The notes: generated by a model from the sequence alone, not told the origin. A stretch of 64,000 nt of DNA from Camelus dromedarius (GCF_036321535.1 NC_087437.1:5146001-5210000), one strand, 5' to 3'; shown: positions 25,181 through 38,192, counted from the first letter of the stretch. A program made the numbers and translations.

Positions 25181-26601
25181 ACCCGGGGCTTGGCTCTGTC
25201 CGGAGGTGTATGACGCCCTCTGCTGGCCGCAGCCTGTCCCTGCAGCCTGTGCGGCCCTGGCCTGGGTCCCCAGTCTCCCCTCCCCCAGGTGCCCTTCAGG
25301 TACTGGCGCCGCCCATTCCTGGCAGGGCTCCAGGATGCGCGACGGATTCTCTACAAAATAAGGCAACAACGTCCCTACTCTCCCTCCGCGGTGACAGGAC
25401 TCTCCTCCCATCTTATCTAGTTGGTCCAGGGTGAGGCCTGGGCGTCCCCAGGTAGTTCCAATGTGCAGCCAGGGCTGAGATCCAAGGCTGTGAGGCACCA
25501 GGCATTTCCCAGCCAGTGGGGAGAGGTGGGAGGGGGGCATCTCCTCCTTCGATTTCCCCTGCTCCCGTCCTGCCCCAGAGGTCACTTTGGCAGCAGCTTT
25601 GCTATAGTGGAGGAGGGGGAGGGGGGGTCACAGTGCACCTGGTCAGGTTGGTCCTTGCTGGGCAGCAAGCCACCCCAGGACAGCTCTGGTACCTCGGGTG
25701 CAAAGGAGAGAGGAGGCAACTAACAGGGCATCAATAAATCTTGGCTAGTAGGCACCTCCAGGGGGCGGGGCATTAGTGGAGGGAGAGCTGGAACCAGAGT
25801 AGCCTGGGGCAGAGACTGGAGGCTGGAGCCCAGCCAATCCCCCACCTGCAACCAGAGAGGGAAAGCAGCAGCCCAGTGTGCCTGGGACCTGGCCGGCCAA
25901 GCTTGCAGTCTTGGAATCCAGCGTAGCCACGGCCAGGAGCAGTGCCTGCCCAGCTGTCCACTCTGGCCATGGCACCCCCGGTGGGGTTGTGGTGTAGACT
26001 GGCCTGCATGTGGCCCTTCGCAGTGGACCACGACCACGGTGCCCAGGGCAGAGGGGTCTGGCCTTGTGCTTCAGGCCAGCCTCAGGGATGAGACTGGGGA
26101 AAGCTGTTGGTGTCATTTACTGCAGTGCCACTCAAAATGGGGGCCTCAGACCTGCAGCATCGGACATGCGGACTCTCAGCCCCACTCGGCCCCACTGCTT
26201 GAAAATCTCTGTTGTTAACAAGAGCCCCAGGTGGTTTCTGTTCATGTTACAGTCTGGGTAACGCTAATGAGGGTTCCCGGTCACACGTGAGAATCAAGTG
26301 GAGGGTTTTACGAACCATCTCGCCCAGGCTCCTCCGCCCAGACCTGAGAATGCGCGAAGTGGTGGGAACACTTCCCAGTGGCTAGGGGAGAGGCCTGGGT
26401 TAAAGGTTGTCAAGAAGCCCTGGGGATCTGAGGCCTGGGAGGCAGTGGGCAGCGCTGCTACGAGGGTGGGATGGGTTCTCTCTACGTGGAAATTCTGAGA
26501 AAACCCAGAGACAGCGGGTGAGTTGGAAGGAGAGCCATGGGCTGGAGCGGCCCCTGCCAGGGCGGCTCATTCCCACGGCTCCCTGCTTCTCTCCCCGACA
26601 G

Positions 26602-26768
26602 GTGCCTGCAGCAGCAGCCGGGGGACAGCCTGCCCACAGCCAGCGTCATCCTCTGTTTCCACGATGAGGCCTGGTCCACCCTCCTGAGAACCGTGCACAG
26701 CATCCTGGACACAGCACCCCGGACCTCCCTGAAGGAGGTCATCCTGGTGGACGATCTCAGCCAGCAAG
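26602..26768 (+). CDS. GALNT15: GALNT15 coding exon 2 (start of GT-A catalytic domain)
   Basis: ccccgacag|G acceptor. CLQQQPGDSLPTASVILCFHDEAWSTLLRTVHSILD...EVILVDDLSQQ carries the family FHxEAWSTLLRT and LVDD motifs. Donor G|gtgggc; 167 nt. Confidence 0.96.
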
Positions 26769-27396
26769 GTGGGCACGGGTTCCCTCCACGCTCCCTCAGG
26801 TGGGCCTGGACTCTGAGGGGGTTGCCATGCAGAGACTGGGGTTTGGAACCTGTGAAGACAAGGCTCCCCAAAGCAGACCTTTAGGTGGGGATTCGGGCGC
26901 AGGTAACTTACTGGAGAATACAGTGGGTAGGGAGGTGGGGGCAGAGGACAGTGGGAGACGGCAGGAGATGGCGGGGCATCCCAGGGAGGGTCTCACAGGG
27001 TGCCTCCAGCCGGATCCTGTGGGGATCTCCCCCAGGCCCCATCTTCCACCCAGTCCGGTGAGCCTCTCCCCGAGACACTCAGCAATCACAACAGGTGGCC
27101 ACCGGTGCATGCTCTCTGCCGCCTAGACTCGGCAAGCACGTGATGTGAATTAGTCATTCAGTCACCCTCGTTTAGCACACCTGCTCACTTTCCAGACAAA
27201 GAAACTGAGGCTTGGGAAGAGAACCGATCAGAGCTGAGTTGAGACAAGGGCTGCAGGGGTCAGGCCAAAAGCCCAGACTTGCAGAATCTGCTTGAACATT
27301 TCCACAGACAGGAAACTAGCTATTGGGACCGGCCCACTGAATGGCTGGGAAGCCGAGAGAAGCCAGAGACAGAAGCCCCTGCCTGACATCCAGGTC

Positions 27397-27575
27397 CGTG
27401 GTTCTCGAACGTGAACGTGCATCGGAGTCGCCTGGCGGGCAGGTTAACACGCAGATTGCTGGGACCACCCCCAGAGCTTCTGGATCTGGGCTGGGGCCTC
27501 CGTATCTGCATTTCTAACAAGCTCCCAGGTGACGCTAATGCTGTTGGTCCAGGGGACCCACTTTGAGAACCACTG
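27397..27575. mobile_element. MER5A-like hAT-Charlie element
   Basis: TIRs C(C)GTGGTTCTCGAA...TTTGAGAACCACTG with internal atctgcatttctaacaagctcccaggtga. Confidence 0.85.
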
Positions 27576-29040
27576 TTCCAGTCTGGCAGGAGCCTCAGGC
27601 CTGTATTTCTGGCTCAGCTAAAGGGCCTGGAGAGGCCCCTGCTGGCCTGGTGAGGAGATCAGACTGCTCCAAGGGAAGCCGAACATTTGCTGAGATCTGC
27701 AAAGCACTTTCTCAGTGGGCTAACGGAGGACAGAATAGAGTGGCCACGTACTTCTGCTAGTTCTTCCTGAGGTCCTCGTGTTTGGAATTTGCCCAGCCTG
27801 GCAGTGGTGCTGAGCCAGACTAGCCAGAGGCCCTGTCAGTGTGTGGTTGTTGGGGCACATTCAGCAGGTTGTATGAGCAGGTCCTGGGTTGGGCTGGGTT
27901 GGCCTGTGAAAGTGCTCAGAGACTCTCCAAACCCTCAGCTGGGGCAGATTCCTCCCAGGAGCACACCTGTGGTCCCCCGTCAGCTGATAAACTGTGTTTC
28001 TGGAGCTTCCCTCCTCCTCGTGTGTGGAGAAGCAGAGCAGCTGGGCCCTAGGAAAGTGAGTTCCCTCCAATGTCCTCAGTTCCTTCTGCTTTTTACTCAG
28101 CTAACCTTGGACCATGGCTTTTGGCCTCATCATCACAATTAGGCTGCTCTATCCCTGGACATCACACCTATATCCCAGGCAGGAAAAGGATGAAAGGCAG
28201 ATAAGCAGAGGGCAGCCAAGTTTGTCCTTTCAGAAAAAAAAATCAGTAATACAGTAGTTTTTCCAGAATCCTCTCACCCAGTATATTTCTCCCAGAGTTG
28301 AATCAAAAGTCTTGGTAAGTAAGTATTTTTAGGTGCCCTGAACAAAATCAAGTTTCTGTAGGTAAGGTGGAAGGGGAGAGTGAATATTGGGTAAGACAAC
28401 TAGTGATGCTGAATTCGGTGGAGTCACCGAGGGGCTGGTTGTCATGTGCAGAAATTTTAACAGCTTCACAAACAGATCCTTCTCCAGGGAAGGGACTGGG
28501 AGCCAACAAGCTCACCGGAAAACCACTGAGAAAAGCAGTAGCCAAGTGACTGGGACTCCTTTGCCCCCTGCTCAGGACAGATTCCCTGCAGAAAAATCTC
28601 CCTAGGGGGAGCTACACACCACTCAGAGGGCAGCTTCCCAGGGAGTCTGTGGGGCCTCCGGTGAGGCTGCCTGACCCCTCTCCACCTCCCTGCAGGGCCA
28701 GTGACCAAAGCATCCAGGCTCTGTGTGTCCCAGTGAAGACTGCCTCCGGGCCGGGGAACTGGGGCAATTCTTGTTCTTTGGCTCAGTTCTGTTCAACACG
28801 CGTGCACTGAGTGCCTGCCGTGGGCCAGCCCTGTGCGAGGGGCTGGAGCAGCAGAAATGCATGAGATACAGCCCCTGCCCTTGAGGAGGTCTTGTTCCGG
28901 TGGGCTGGGGGCTCCCCATTGCCAAGACATCATGGGTCTACACTGCTTCTCTGTGAACAGCAACAGAAACGTTCTGCTGGTTGAATCCACAGATGCAGGA
29001 CCAGCAGATACAGAGGGCTGACTGTACCGCCCTTCTATTT

Positions 29041-29154
29041 TTTAAAAACCTTTTTGGTGGGAGAGGTAATTAGGTTTATTTATTTTTTTAATGGAGGTAC
29101 TGGGGATTGAACCCAGGACTTTGTGCATGCTGAGCACTCATGCTACCCTCCCCC
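29041..29154 (-). mobile_element. Vic-1-like SINE inserted in a Tigger4-like fragment (about 28975-29200)
   Basis: TSD ACTGTAC(C/T)GCCCTT(C/T)TAT at 29021-29038 and 29155-29172. The SINE is shortened around its A box. The host reads ggttgaatccacagatgc..gatacagagggctgactgtac..tttatataagggact. Confidence 0.8.
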
Positions 29155-29918
29155 ACTGTACTGCCCTTTTATATAAGGGACTTAAGTATCATCCTGTATC
29201 CTCTATAGGACTGTCATTCCTAAAAGAATGTTTAGGTTCTTGGTCTCAGTTTTTTACCTCCCACTTTTTCTTCGACCCGCTGCCCTGCCCCCTCCCTCCC
29301 ACCACTGCAGTGAGAGCGCTTTGGCCGCCCCACCGATGACCTCCTGGCATCCACGTATAACGGACCCTCTATAGGTGAAGTCTGGCTACAGCCTGATCCC
29401 AGTCTGTCCTGCCTTAAAGCAAGGGATCTGACTTGGTACCTGGGCAGTGGCCGGTCACTGACTTGGGGCATGCTGGGTCAGGCATGGTGTTCTACACGAC
29501 TGCTGGGCACTTGCAGGACAGGCGGTTCCAGTGCCTTAGGGCGGGTCTCCAGGGAAGGGTGAGACCCACAGCAGTTGGGTGTGTGCAAACCAAACCAGCC
29601 CAAGGAACCCCGGGGCATCTGAGTAGGGCACCAGCAGTATTGTTTCAGCCTTGCTGCTGCATTTGGAGAATGAGAGGAAGTTCTCTCCTCTCTGAGTCTG
29701 ACGACGCCGTTTTTACTGGAGAGAATCCTGACCTACCCAAACTAGCGAAGTGACTTAGATCTTAGCAACCACCACACTGTAATGGATGGGATGCTCGGGA
29801 CCCTGGTGCTCGCCTCGCTCCCAAGAGAGAACTGTTGACAGTGATCCTTGTGACGGTCACCACAATCCTGGGGCTGTGGCATCTGTCACCCCACTGACCA
29901 CAACCCTTTCGATTCCAG

Positions 29919-30123
29919 GACAACTCAAGTCTGCTCTCGGCGGGTACGTGGCCCAGCTGGAGGGGGTCAAGTTGCTCAGGAGTAACAAGAGGCTGGGTGC
30001 CACCGGGGCGCGGATGCTGGGGGCCACCAGGGCCACTGGGGATGTGCTGGTCTTCATGGACGCCCACTGTGAGTGCCACCCGGGCTGGCTGGAGCCCCTC
30101 CTGGGCAGGATAGCTGGTGACAG
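29919..30123 (+). CDS. GALNT15: GALNT15 coding exon 3 (contains DXH metal-binding motif)
   Basis: ttccag|GA acceptor. QLKSALGGYVAQLEGVKLLRSNKRLG...VLVFMDAHCECHPGWLEPLLGRIAGD, with DAH at 30059-30067. Donor AG|gtaact; 205 nt. Confidence 0.96.
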
Positions 30124-30384
30124 GTAACTCATCCCTGGAGGCTGCAGAACAGAAATGGGGAGGGGGAGCAATGGTCACCTACAGCCTCAGCCACTCATAA
30201 AACATCCACCCGCCATCAAAAAATGGCTGAGTCGCTTCCGTTTGAGGTCAATGTATTGCTTTGGGTTTTTCAGATGTTTGAGCCTCCTAAGAAGCATAGG
30301 GGGTAGAGTTGGAAGGAAGATAAGAGTCCTCCAGCCCCTTGATCTCAATTTTTATTTTTTTGCTAGCTGTTCTTTTTATATATA

Positions 30385-31575
30385 TTTTTTTCATTGAACT
30401 GTAGTCAGTTTACAATGTTGTGTCAGTTTCTGGTGTACAGCACAATACTTTAGTCGTATAGGAACACACATATATTTGTTTTCATATTTCTAACCATAAG
30501 TTACTACAAAATACTGAATATAGTTCTCTGCACTATACAGTATAAACTTATTTACTTTATATATAATAATTAGGATCTGCAAGTCTCATACTCCCAATTT
30601 ATCCTTTCCTACCCCCTTCCCCCCCCTGGTAACCACAAGATTGTTTACTATGTCTGTAAGTCTGTTTCTGTTTTGTAGATAAGTTTGTTTGTCCTTTTTT
30701 TTTGGATTCCACATATAAGTTATATCATATATTTTTCTTTCTCTTTCTGGCTTACTTCACTTAGAATGACGATCTCCAGGTCCATCCATGTTGCTGCAAA
30801 TGGCATTATTTTATTCTTTTTATAGCTGAGTAGTAGTCCATTATATAAATACACCACAGCTTCTTTATCCAGTCATCTGTGGGTGGACATTTAGGTTGCT
30901 TCCATGTCTTTGCTATTGTATATAGTGCTGCTGTGAACATTGGGGTGCATGTATCTTTTCAAACTAGAGTCCCTTCTGGATATATGCCCAGGGATTGCTG
31001 GATCATAGGGTAAGTCTATTTTTAGTTTTTTGAGGAACCTCCATACCATTTTCCATAATGGCTGCACCAAATTACATTCCCACCAGCAGTGCAGGAGGGC
31101 TCCCTTTTCTCCACACCCTCTCCAGAATTTATCATTTGTGGGCTTTTGAATGACAGCCATTCTGACTGGTGTGAGGTGATACGTCATGGTAGTTGCGATT
31201 TGCCTTTCTCTGATAATTTGCGACATTGAGCATTTTCTCGTGTGCCTATTGGCCATTTGTATGTCTTCACTGGAGAATTGTTTGTTTAGTCTTCTACCCA
31301 TTTTTGGATTGGGTTGTTTGTTTTTTGTTGTTGTTAAGTTGTATGAGTTGCTTATATATTCTGGAAATTAAACCTTTGTCAGTTGCATCATTTGCAAATA
31401 TTTTCTCCCGTTCTGTAGGTTGTTGTTTTGTTTTGCTTATGGTTTCCTTTGCTTTGCAAAAGCTTGTAAGTTTAACTAGGTCTCACTTGTTTATGTTTGC
31501 TTTTATTTCTGTTGCCTGAATAGACTGCCCCAGGAGAACACTGCTGAGATGTACGTCAGAGAATGTTTGCATATA
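30385..31575 (-). mobile_element. 5'-truncated L1 (about 1.2 kb, ORF2 C-terminal remnant + 3'UTR) in intron 3
   Basis: Minus ORF 30891-31301: [37 protein letters not shown]....[33 protein letters not shown], the L1 ORF2 cysteine-rich C-terminus. Confidence 0.93.
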
Positions 31576-32190
31576 TTCCTCAGTGGTCCCTGTGAGAGGT
31601 CTCCTGGCTGTTTTTGCTTTCATTTCTTAGAGGGTGATATTGAGGTTCAGGGAAATGAATTGAGGTGCCAGGGCTTGCAGAGACTTTGGGGCTGAGTCAG
31701 GCTTTCTAACTCTGGGTCCACTGCCCTTTATGACTTTTTAATTTGAGGATTGGAGAAGTTGATTAGGGAGAAACATGTAGTCATCCCCACCCCCACCCTG
31801 GCTGTGACTTGTGTGTTAAAACATTGATGACAGTGAGTCCTCCATGTCTGCTTCTCCCACTTGGGACCATTTTCACGTACCTGGGGGTTGCTCTCCCCAG
31901 GCTGAGAGAGAAGACATGGTGATGCCTCAGTGTTCTCAGCTGAGGCCTGGGAGAGGGTCCCCTTTCGGAGTCTGCTCTGCTCTCCCGCCGACTCTCGTGG
32001 CAGCTCACCCTGTGTACAGCAAAGCTGTGGAGCCCGCTGGGCGCCGGCTCTCATAGCTGCTGCTCTTCGAAAAAGGAAGGGGGCACAGCGCCTCTGAGGC
32101 TCACAGCGGGAGATGTTCCATCACCTAGTGAGGACCCACTGCGCCCAAAGCTGAGTCTTAAAGCACTTTCATTAAAACGGCGGAGGTAGC

Positions 32191-32350
32191 GGGGAGGGTG
32201 TAGCTCAGTGGTAGAGCGTGTGCCTAGCATCCACGAGGTCCTGTGTTCAATCCCCAGCACCTGCATTAAATACATAAACCTAATTACCTCCCCCCCCCCA
32301 AATTTAATCCAAATTGATTAAAAGAATAAAAAAACAAAAACAAACAAAGA
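32191..32350 (+). mobile_element. Vic-1-like SINE (long form)
   Basis: GGGGAGGGTGTAGCTCAGTGGTAGAGCG...GTTCAATCCCCAGCACC..ataaacctaattacctccccc plus an A-rich tail. Confidence 0.88.
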
Positions 32351-35141
32351 AAGGTGAAGGGGAATGGTGAGTAAACAGCTATTGCATAGTCACAACTTCC
32401 TCAATTCTCTTCCCTGGTCAGAGAATTCCAGGCCTGATTACTGGCCCTGGTTCCCTGGTTCCCTGCCCCTGTTCCCCAAAACAGGCCTGCTGAAAGCCAT
32501 ATGGCAATTTTGTATCAATCAGGGAAATGAGTCCATTCCTCGTGACCCTTTTTACTCTCATCCCTCAGAAGATGTGTCATCATACAGTCATCTTGTTAGA
32601 ACCAGTCACTTTAATGCTAATTAAACATTTAGAAATAAATATGCACATTTACGTGTCTGATACTTGAGACATTCTCCAGGATTGAGCAGTGCACGACCTG
32701 GGTAACTGTACATAGCAGCCCCAGATAGAGTTTCTTCAAGAGCAGTGATTTTAGGGAGGTCCTAGGAGGTACTGATGGGTAACCAGGTTCCACATAAAGT
32801 AACAAAGATGAAGTTGAAGATAACTGCTGTCCTGGCTGCCAGCTGTCTTGTGCTGACTGCCAGCTTTGGTACCCAGGCTGAGGAGTAAGAGCTACGGCCA
32901 AAAAAAAAAAAAAAGAAGATTTCCAAAGGGAGAGAGACAACACCCTCTTGGGGCTGTCCTTGGCTCTAGAGGCTGTCCAGGCTGTTTCCCACTTGAAGAT
33001 TGGTCTGGGCACCTGTCTTGGGGACATCCAGTTCTGAAGGTTACCTGGTTCTCAGACAGGGCTTAATAGGGAAAAGCAAGGCCAGTCAGGGACCAGAGTA
33101 CCTCCTGCCTCTCTGCCATTAAGTGATGGAAGATGGTCTGAGAAGTCCCTTGTGAGTGTGAGTGTCGTGGAGCAGCAGGATTGGGGCACGGGGAACAAAA
33201 TGCCTCTAGCCCCACGGAGGGAACAGCATTCTTTGGGTCTGACACCCCCAGGAAACTCTCCAGCCCCCGCCCGATTCCACACCATTCAGCATGGCAGAGT
33301 CCTGAAGGGCCGGCACCGGTCTTGGGGTTGCCCCTGAGCAGGAAGAGGTCTGAAAACAGAATTCAGGGTGTTTTGCCTCTCAGGTCAAGATACTTTCCAC
33401 AAACACCGAGAATTGGCGTGAACTTCCAAAATGACTTTGCACCTTGCAGACCTGATGGAGGGACGTCCAGGCTCAGAAAAAAGAAAAAGGGGTGACGCAA
33501 ACTAGGCTCAGTGCTCCCTGCGGCCCAAGGTTTGCTTGGTGAGTTTGCAACCACAGTTAGCTTTTGGCTCTCTGGACAGGGGTCTCTCAGTTGACCTCAC
33601 ATACTTCGGTTAAACAGTCTCTGTGGAGCGCTCCACAGCCTCTGCTTGTCTCTTGAAACCCAAACACTTGACCTCCTGGGGCTTAGCAAGGCTTAGGAGA
33701 GGCTGGACCCCGTGTCTGCCTGAGAATTAAAACTCAGTTCACAAGTGACAGCCTCGTGGTCCTTGGAAGGATCTCCAAGCTCCTTCCAAGTCAGACCGGG
33801 AAGCTTGGCTATTCTGCTCTAAGTGAATTCCAAGAACACCAGATACAGCTGTAGATTCAAAACACAAAGCTAAATATAAGACTGATTTTTTTTTTAATCA
33901 CCTTTTTTTTTTTTTTTTTTGAATCCCTACACTGCAGTTACTCCTAATTCAGCCCTGGTTAGGCAGAAGCTGTGGTTCATGGGAATAAAAACCAAAACAG
34001 AAAACATCTTTCACTTCGTTCATTGACATTTTATTATTTGTCTTGACCCAAAATGCACTCAAAGAGGCTTAGGATTAATCACTTCTGTATCTGGCTGAAA
34101 GAGAAGGAAGAGGAGACTTCAGAAAGGGAAAAAAAGACGGTATTGGAAATCGAGGGCAGTACAGTTATTAGAAGGGAGCTTTACATGCGAATCTGAGCTT
34201 CAGCAAGACAGAGCAAAAAGGAACGTGATGAAGTCTAGGTGCTCGTTTCCTGATGAAAAGGAACATACGACTTTATCAGGAAGGACGCTGCTCAGAGGTC
34301 TGGGACGAATTGATCATGTGGATGCTCGAATGCAGTTTCCTTTCTTGTCCTCTTATGATGACTCAGACGACGCCAACCTGATGGGATTCTTCGGAATTCA
34401 GCCACACAGCTTCCCTGGCTCTTGCTGCTGAAATTCCACAAAAATGCGTTGCTGAGAGCCAAAGCCATCCCGTCTGCTCAGCTCCGTCCACAGCAAGCAG
34501 AGACTTGGGAGGGCGCCCGGCTTGCTTCCTTGCCCTTGCCTTTCGGTTTTCTGAGGTCAGTGTGAGGTGCCCAAAACGAGTGGAGGCCAGAAGGATTCAG
34601 TTTCCCTTCGCTTCCAGAGGGAACAGTGTGAAATGGGCAGGAAAAGTATATCAAGATCCTTGCTGTCAATGGAAACCCCGTGACTCTTCACCCCAAGACC
34701 CGTGACTTAAGGCCACAGATTAAGCACGTGATTGAATCCCAGGACCACCCTGGCCCTCTCCGTGTGGCCTGGGCTTGTGCCCGCCCTGGCTGTCTGCTAG
34801 GTGGGTGGAACCCAGATGGAAACTGAGGGGAGTGTAAATAGCATGGCTGGCATCTCTTTTCCAAGAATCTTACTTTTCTTAGACTGGTACCTTCCAGCCA
34901 CCCCTGAGCTCGGGTCTGATTCATTCTATGGTACAGATTTTAGAAGAAACTGTCTCGAGAGGCCAGGAAAAAATGTGATTGAGATACTGACTAGGTGGAG
35001 AGCAGCTCCTGGTACACCTGAGTGATTACCTGTTTAGTTCAAAGGCAGCATTTCTGACCTGTTTCAATGTTCCACACCACCCTCTCTGAGGTCACGTAGT
35101 CTGAAGCTGTACAAAAAAATTGGGATAAGGTACAACTGCTC

Positions 35142-35230
35142 GGGGAGGGTATCGCGCAGTGGCAGGGCGTGTGCTTAGCATGCACGAGGTCCTGGTTTCA
35201 ATCCCCAGCTCCATTAAAAGAAAAAAAAAG
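35142..35230 (+). mobile_element. Vic-1-like SINE (short form)
   Basis: GGGGAGGGTATCGCGCAGTGGCAGGGCGTGTGCTTAGCATGCACGAGGTCCTGGTTTCAATCCCCAG plus A tail. Confidence 0.85.
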
Positions 35231-35823
35231 ATACATTAACCAACAGCAACAGTAAATGAGCAAAAAAACCCAGACTCAGGACTCTGGTTTGCTGGTAGAC
35301 ACCACCTGATCACATACACACGCATTAACACCGAGGACATTTCCAGGACTTGACAGTCCTGATTCCTCAAGCCAACCAGGTTTCATGGTACAGGGTGGAA
35401 CAGGAACTAGACCCCGGAGCAGGGGCCTGCAAACCCTCTGAAATTGTGCACAGTATTTTGTATATGTGCATATGATTATTGTTCTGAGGAGGGTTCCATA
35501 ATTTTCCCTTGATTCTCAAAGGGATCTAAGACCCCAAAAGAAGTCAAGTACCACAGTCTTAGAGCATTACAATTGAGAAAGAACTCTGTGGGAAGTAGTT
35601 CAACCTCCCATTTCACAAGTGAGGAAACCAAGGCCCAGAGAGGTACAACAGCCATCTCAAGATCACACAGCACATTAGTGCATTAGTAGCAGAGCTGAGC
35701 CTAGGACCCCATTCTCCTGCCTCTCAGTTTTGTAAAGAGATGCTTTTAAAGAAAGAAAGGGGCAGGCGTGCTCTTTAAAGAAATGGACCCCAAATTCTTT
35801 ATGGAAAAACATATTTTCTAGAA

Positions 35824-36130
35824 CAGTGATGTTCAGTCAAAATATACCACGAGCCACAGATATAATGTAAACCTTTCCAGGAGTCACATTACAAAATAAA
35901 AAGAAACAGATTAATTTTAATAAAGTATTTTAGTAAACCCAATATATCCAAAATATTTTCAACGTGTTATCAATATGAAAATTACTGAGATTTTTACATC
36001 TTTTTTTCATACCAACTCTTCTAAATCCGGGGTGTATTTCACACTTACACCCCATCTCAGCTCGGACAGCTTGTATTTTAGGTCCCAAATAGCCGCGTAT
36101 GGCTGGTGGCTGCCGTGTTGGGCAGCACGT
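35824..36130. mobile_element. MER33-like hAT-Charlie element just upstream of exon 4
   Basis: tttagtaaacccaatatatccaaaatatt...tgtatttcacacttaca..catctca...aatagccgcgtatggctggtggctgccgtgttgggcagca. Confidence 0.7.
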
Positions 36131-36203
36131 GTCTAGATCACGTTTCTGTCCCCCAGCAGGCAAAGGGTTTGTATCCCTTATCTGATCCCATGATTCTCTC
36201 CAG

Positions 36204-36371
36204 GAGCAGGGTGGTGTCTCCTGTCCTAGACGTGATTGACTGGAAGACTTTCCAGTATTACCCCTCCAAGGACCTGCAGCGTGGGGTGTTGGACTGGAAA
36301 CTGGATTTCCACTGGGAGCCTCTGCCCGAGCGTGAGAGGAAGGCCCTCCCGTCCCCCATCAGCCCCATCAG
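36204..36371 (+). CDS. GALNT15: GALNT15 coding exon 4
   Basis: ctctccag|G acceptor. SRVVSPVLDVIDWKTFQYYPSKDLQRGVLDWKLDFHWEPLP...SPISPI. Donor AG|gtgagg; 168 nt. Confidence 0.96.
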
Positions 36372-36899
36372 GTGAGGCCCCTTCATGCACCGCTTTTCCT
36401 TTGCTTTCTCAGTGTGGACTCAGCAGCCAGGCTGCCGGGGCCAGTCCTGGCTCCACGAGTGTGCTAGCAAGTCACTGACTGTGTGCCTTGGTGTCCTCAT
36501 CGGCAGACTGGGGGTTTTTGCGGTACTGACCTCACAGCGTTGTTGTGAAGACTGGATGAGCTCACATAGGAAGAGCACGCCGAGCGTGCCAGGCTCTCAG
36601 CGGTAGGTGTCATTATTGTTACCTTGTCACATGGATGGAGTCCAGCGAAGCCTTTCCAGACAGTGAAAGAGGAACGTGAAAGCACTTGACCTGGGATCTC
36701 AACCCCACTCTGTCTCACCAGGTAGCCCTGGACTTTCCCTGGCCTCAAATGCTTTCTCAGTAAAAAGGAAGAATTCAGCCGGGTGAATGCTAAGACCCTA
36801 TAAGCCTCAAAATATGTCCAGTTTTATGGGTTTGCTTTTCATGTGTTTGATTTTTGGACAACTTATTCTGTTTAAGTAGATGTTCTAGATACTTTTAAA

Positions 36900-37125
36900 A
36901 TTTTTTGTTTTTTTATTGAAGTGTAGTTGATTTACAATGTTAGTTTCACATGTACACCAAAGTGATATATACACACATACATATATAGTTTTTCCTTACA
37001 GATTCTTTTCCATTATAGCTTATTATAAGAAATCAAATGTAGTTCCCTGTGCTCTACAGTAGGTCCTTGTTGTTTATCTATTTTGTATATAGTAGTTAGT
37101 GTCTGCTAATCCCAACTCCTAATTT
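36900..37125 (-). mobile_element. Short L1 3'UTR fragment in intron 4
   Basis: tattgaagtgtagttgatttacaatgtt...agttccctgtgct..acagtaggtccttgttgtttatctatttt, same family as 1141-1759. Confidence 0.85.
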
Positions 37126-37139
37126 AGATCTAGGCAGAT

Positions 37140-38192
37140 AGCCCTAAATAGCTTCTGCTGTGTAACAAACCATCCAAACTTAATGGCGTAAAACAGCTGT
37201 TTTATTAAGCACATGGATTCTGGGCCATGAATTCTGAAAGGGAGCGTGGGCGTTGCTTGCCTCAGCAGGACCACCCTTTACTAGACTAGACTGGCTGGAA
37301 ATGACTCGGCATCTCGGGGCTGGAATCCCCTGGATATCTGGGTGCTGGCTGTCACTGGGACCCAGTGGAAGCTTCTTACCCCCATGCTGTCCGCGAGGTC
37401 ACGGCACACAGGCTAGTTGGGACTTGCTACGTCTGCTGAGAGCAAGTATCCCAAGAGAATCGGGCAAAGCAAGCTGTACCCCCTCCTTGCTTTAAAAGAA
37501 TGATTGAGGTGAAATTCATGTAACATGAAACTGACCATTTAAAAGTGAACAACTCAGTAGCACGCAGCACATTCCCAATATTGTGCAGCCACCCCCTCCG
37601 TCTAGTTCCAAGACATTTCCATCACTTCAGAGTGAAATCCCTCACTTAGTGTCTCCAAGTGTCCCCTCCCCAGTCTGCTGTCTGTCCCTGTGGATTTCTC
37701 TATTCTGGGTATTTCATATCAATGGAATCGTACAGTATGTGACCTTTTGTGTCTGGTTCTTTCACTTAGTGTGATGTTTTAGGATCTGTGTTCCCTTCTA
37801 GAACTGAGTCTCAGAGGTCACCTAGGGTCCCTTGCACCTTAGTCACAGGCCCACCTAGGTTCACAGAAAGGAGACGTGGACCACACCTCTCACGGGGAGC
37901 AATGTCAATGTCACATTGTAAGAGCATGTGGGACAAGGGACCTGTCAGCATCAAACAGTTACCCAAGCTATTCCTGAGGCCCTCGTACGGGGACATGAAG
38001 GGAAGGCTTTAGGTACAAACAGGCCTCCCAAGGGCCTCGCGATTCTGGAGGGTAGAAGTTCAAGATCAAGTTTCTGGCCAGTTCAGGTTTTGGTAAGACT
38101 CTGCTTCCTGGCTCACACACTGCCACTTCCCACCGTGTCCCCACATGACAGAGACAGAGCCCTGGTGTCCCTTCCTCTTCTTCTAAGGGATA
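37140..38192 (-). mobile_element. MLT1 MaLR LTR pieces with a nested old L1M 3' end (about 37495-37780)
   Basis: MLT1-like gctgtgtaacaaaccatccaaacttaatggcgtaaaaca and ttctggagggtagaagttcaagatcaag. L1M-like tattctgggtatttcatatcaatggaatcgtacagtatgtgaccttttgtgtctgg. Confidence 0.65.

Noticed and set aside
24404..25213. Cys/Val-rich and His/Thr-rich ORFs resembling metallothionein-like peptides
   Set aside because: Translation artefacts of the TG/CA tract; the same applies to the ORFs over (GT)43.
32191..32265. tRNA-Ala-like sequence as a real tRNA gene
   Set aside because: Ten diverged copies with A-rich tails, several with TSDs, indicate a SINE.
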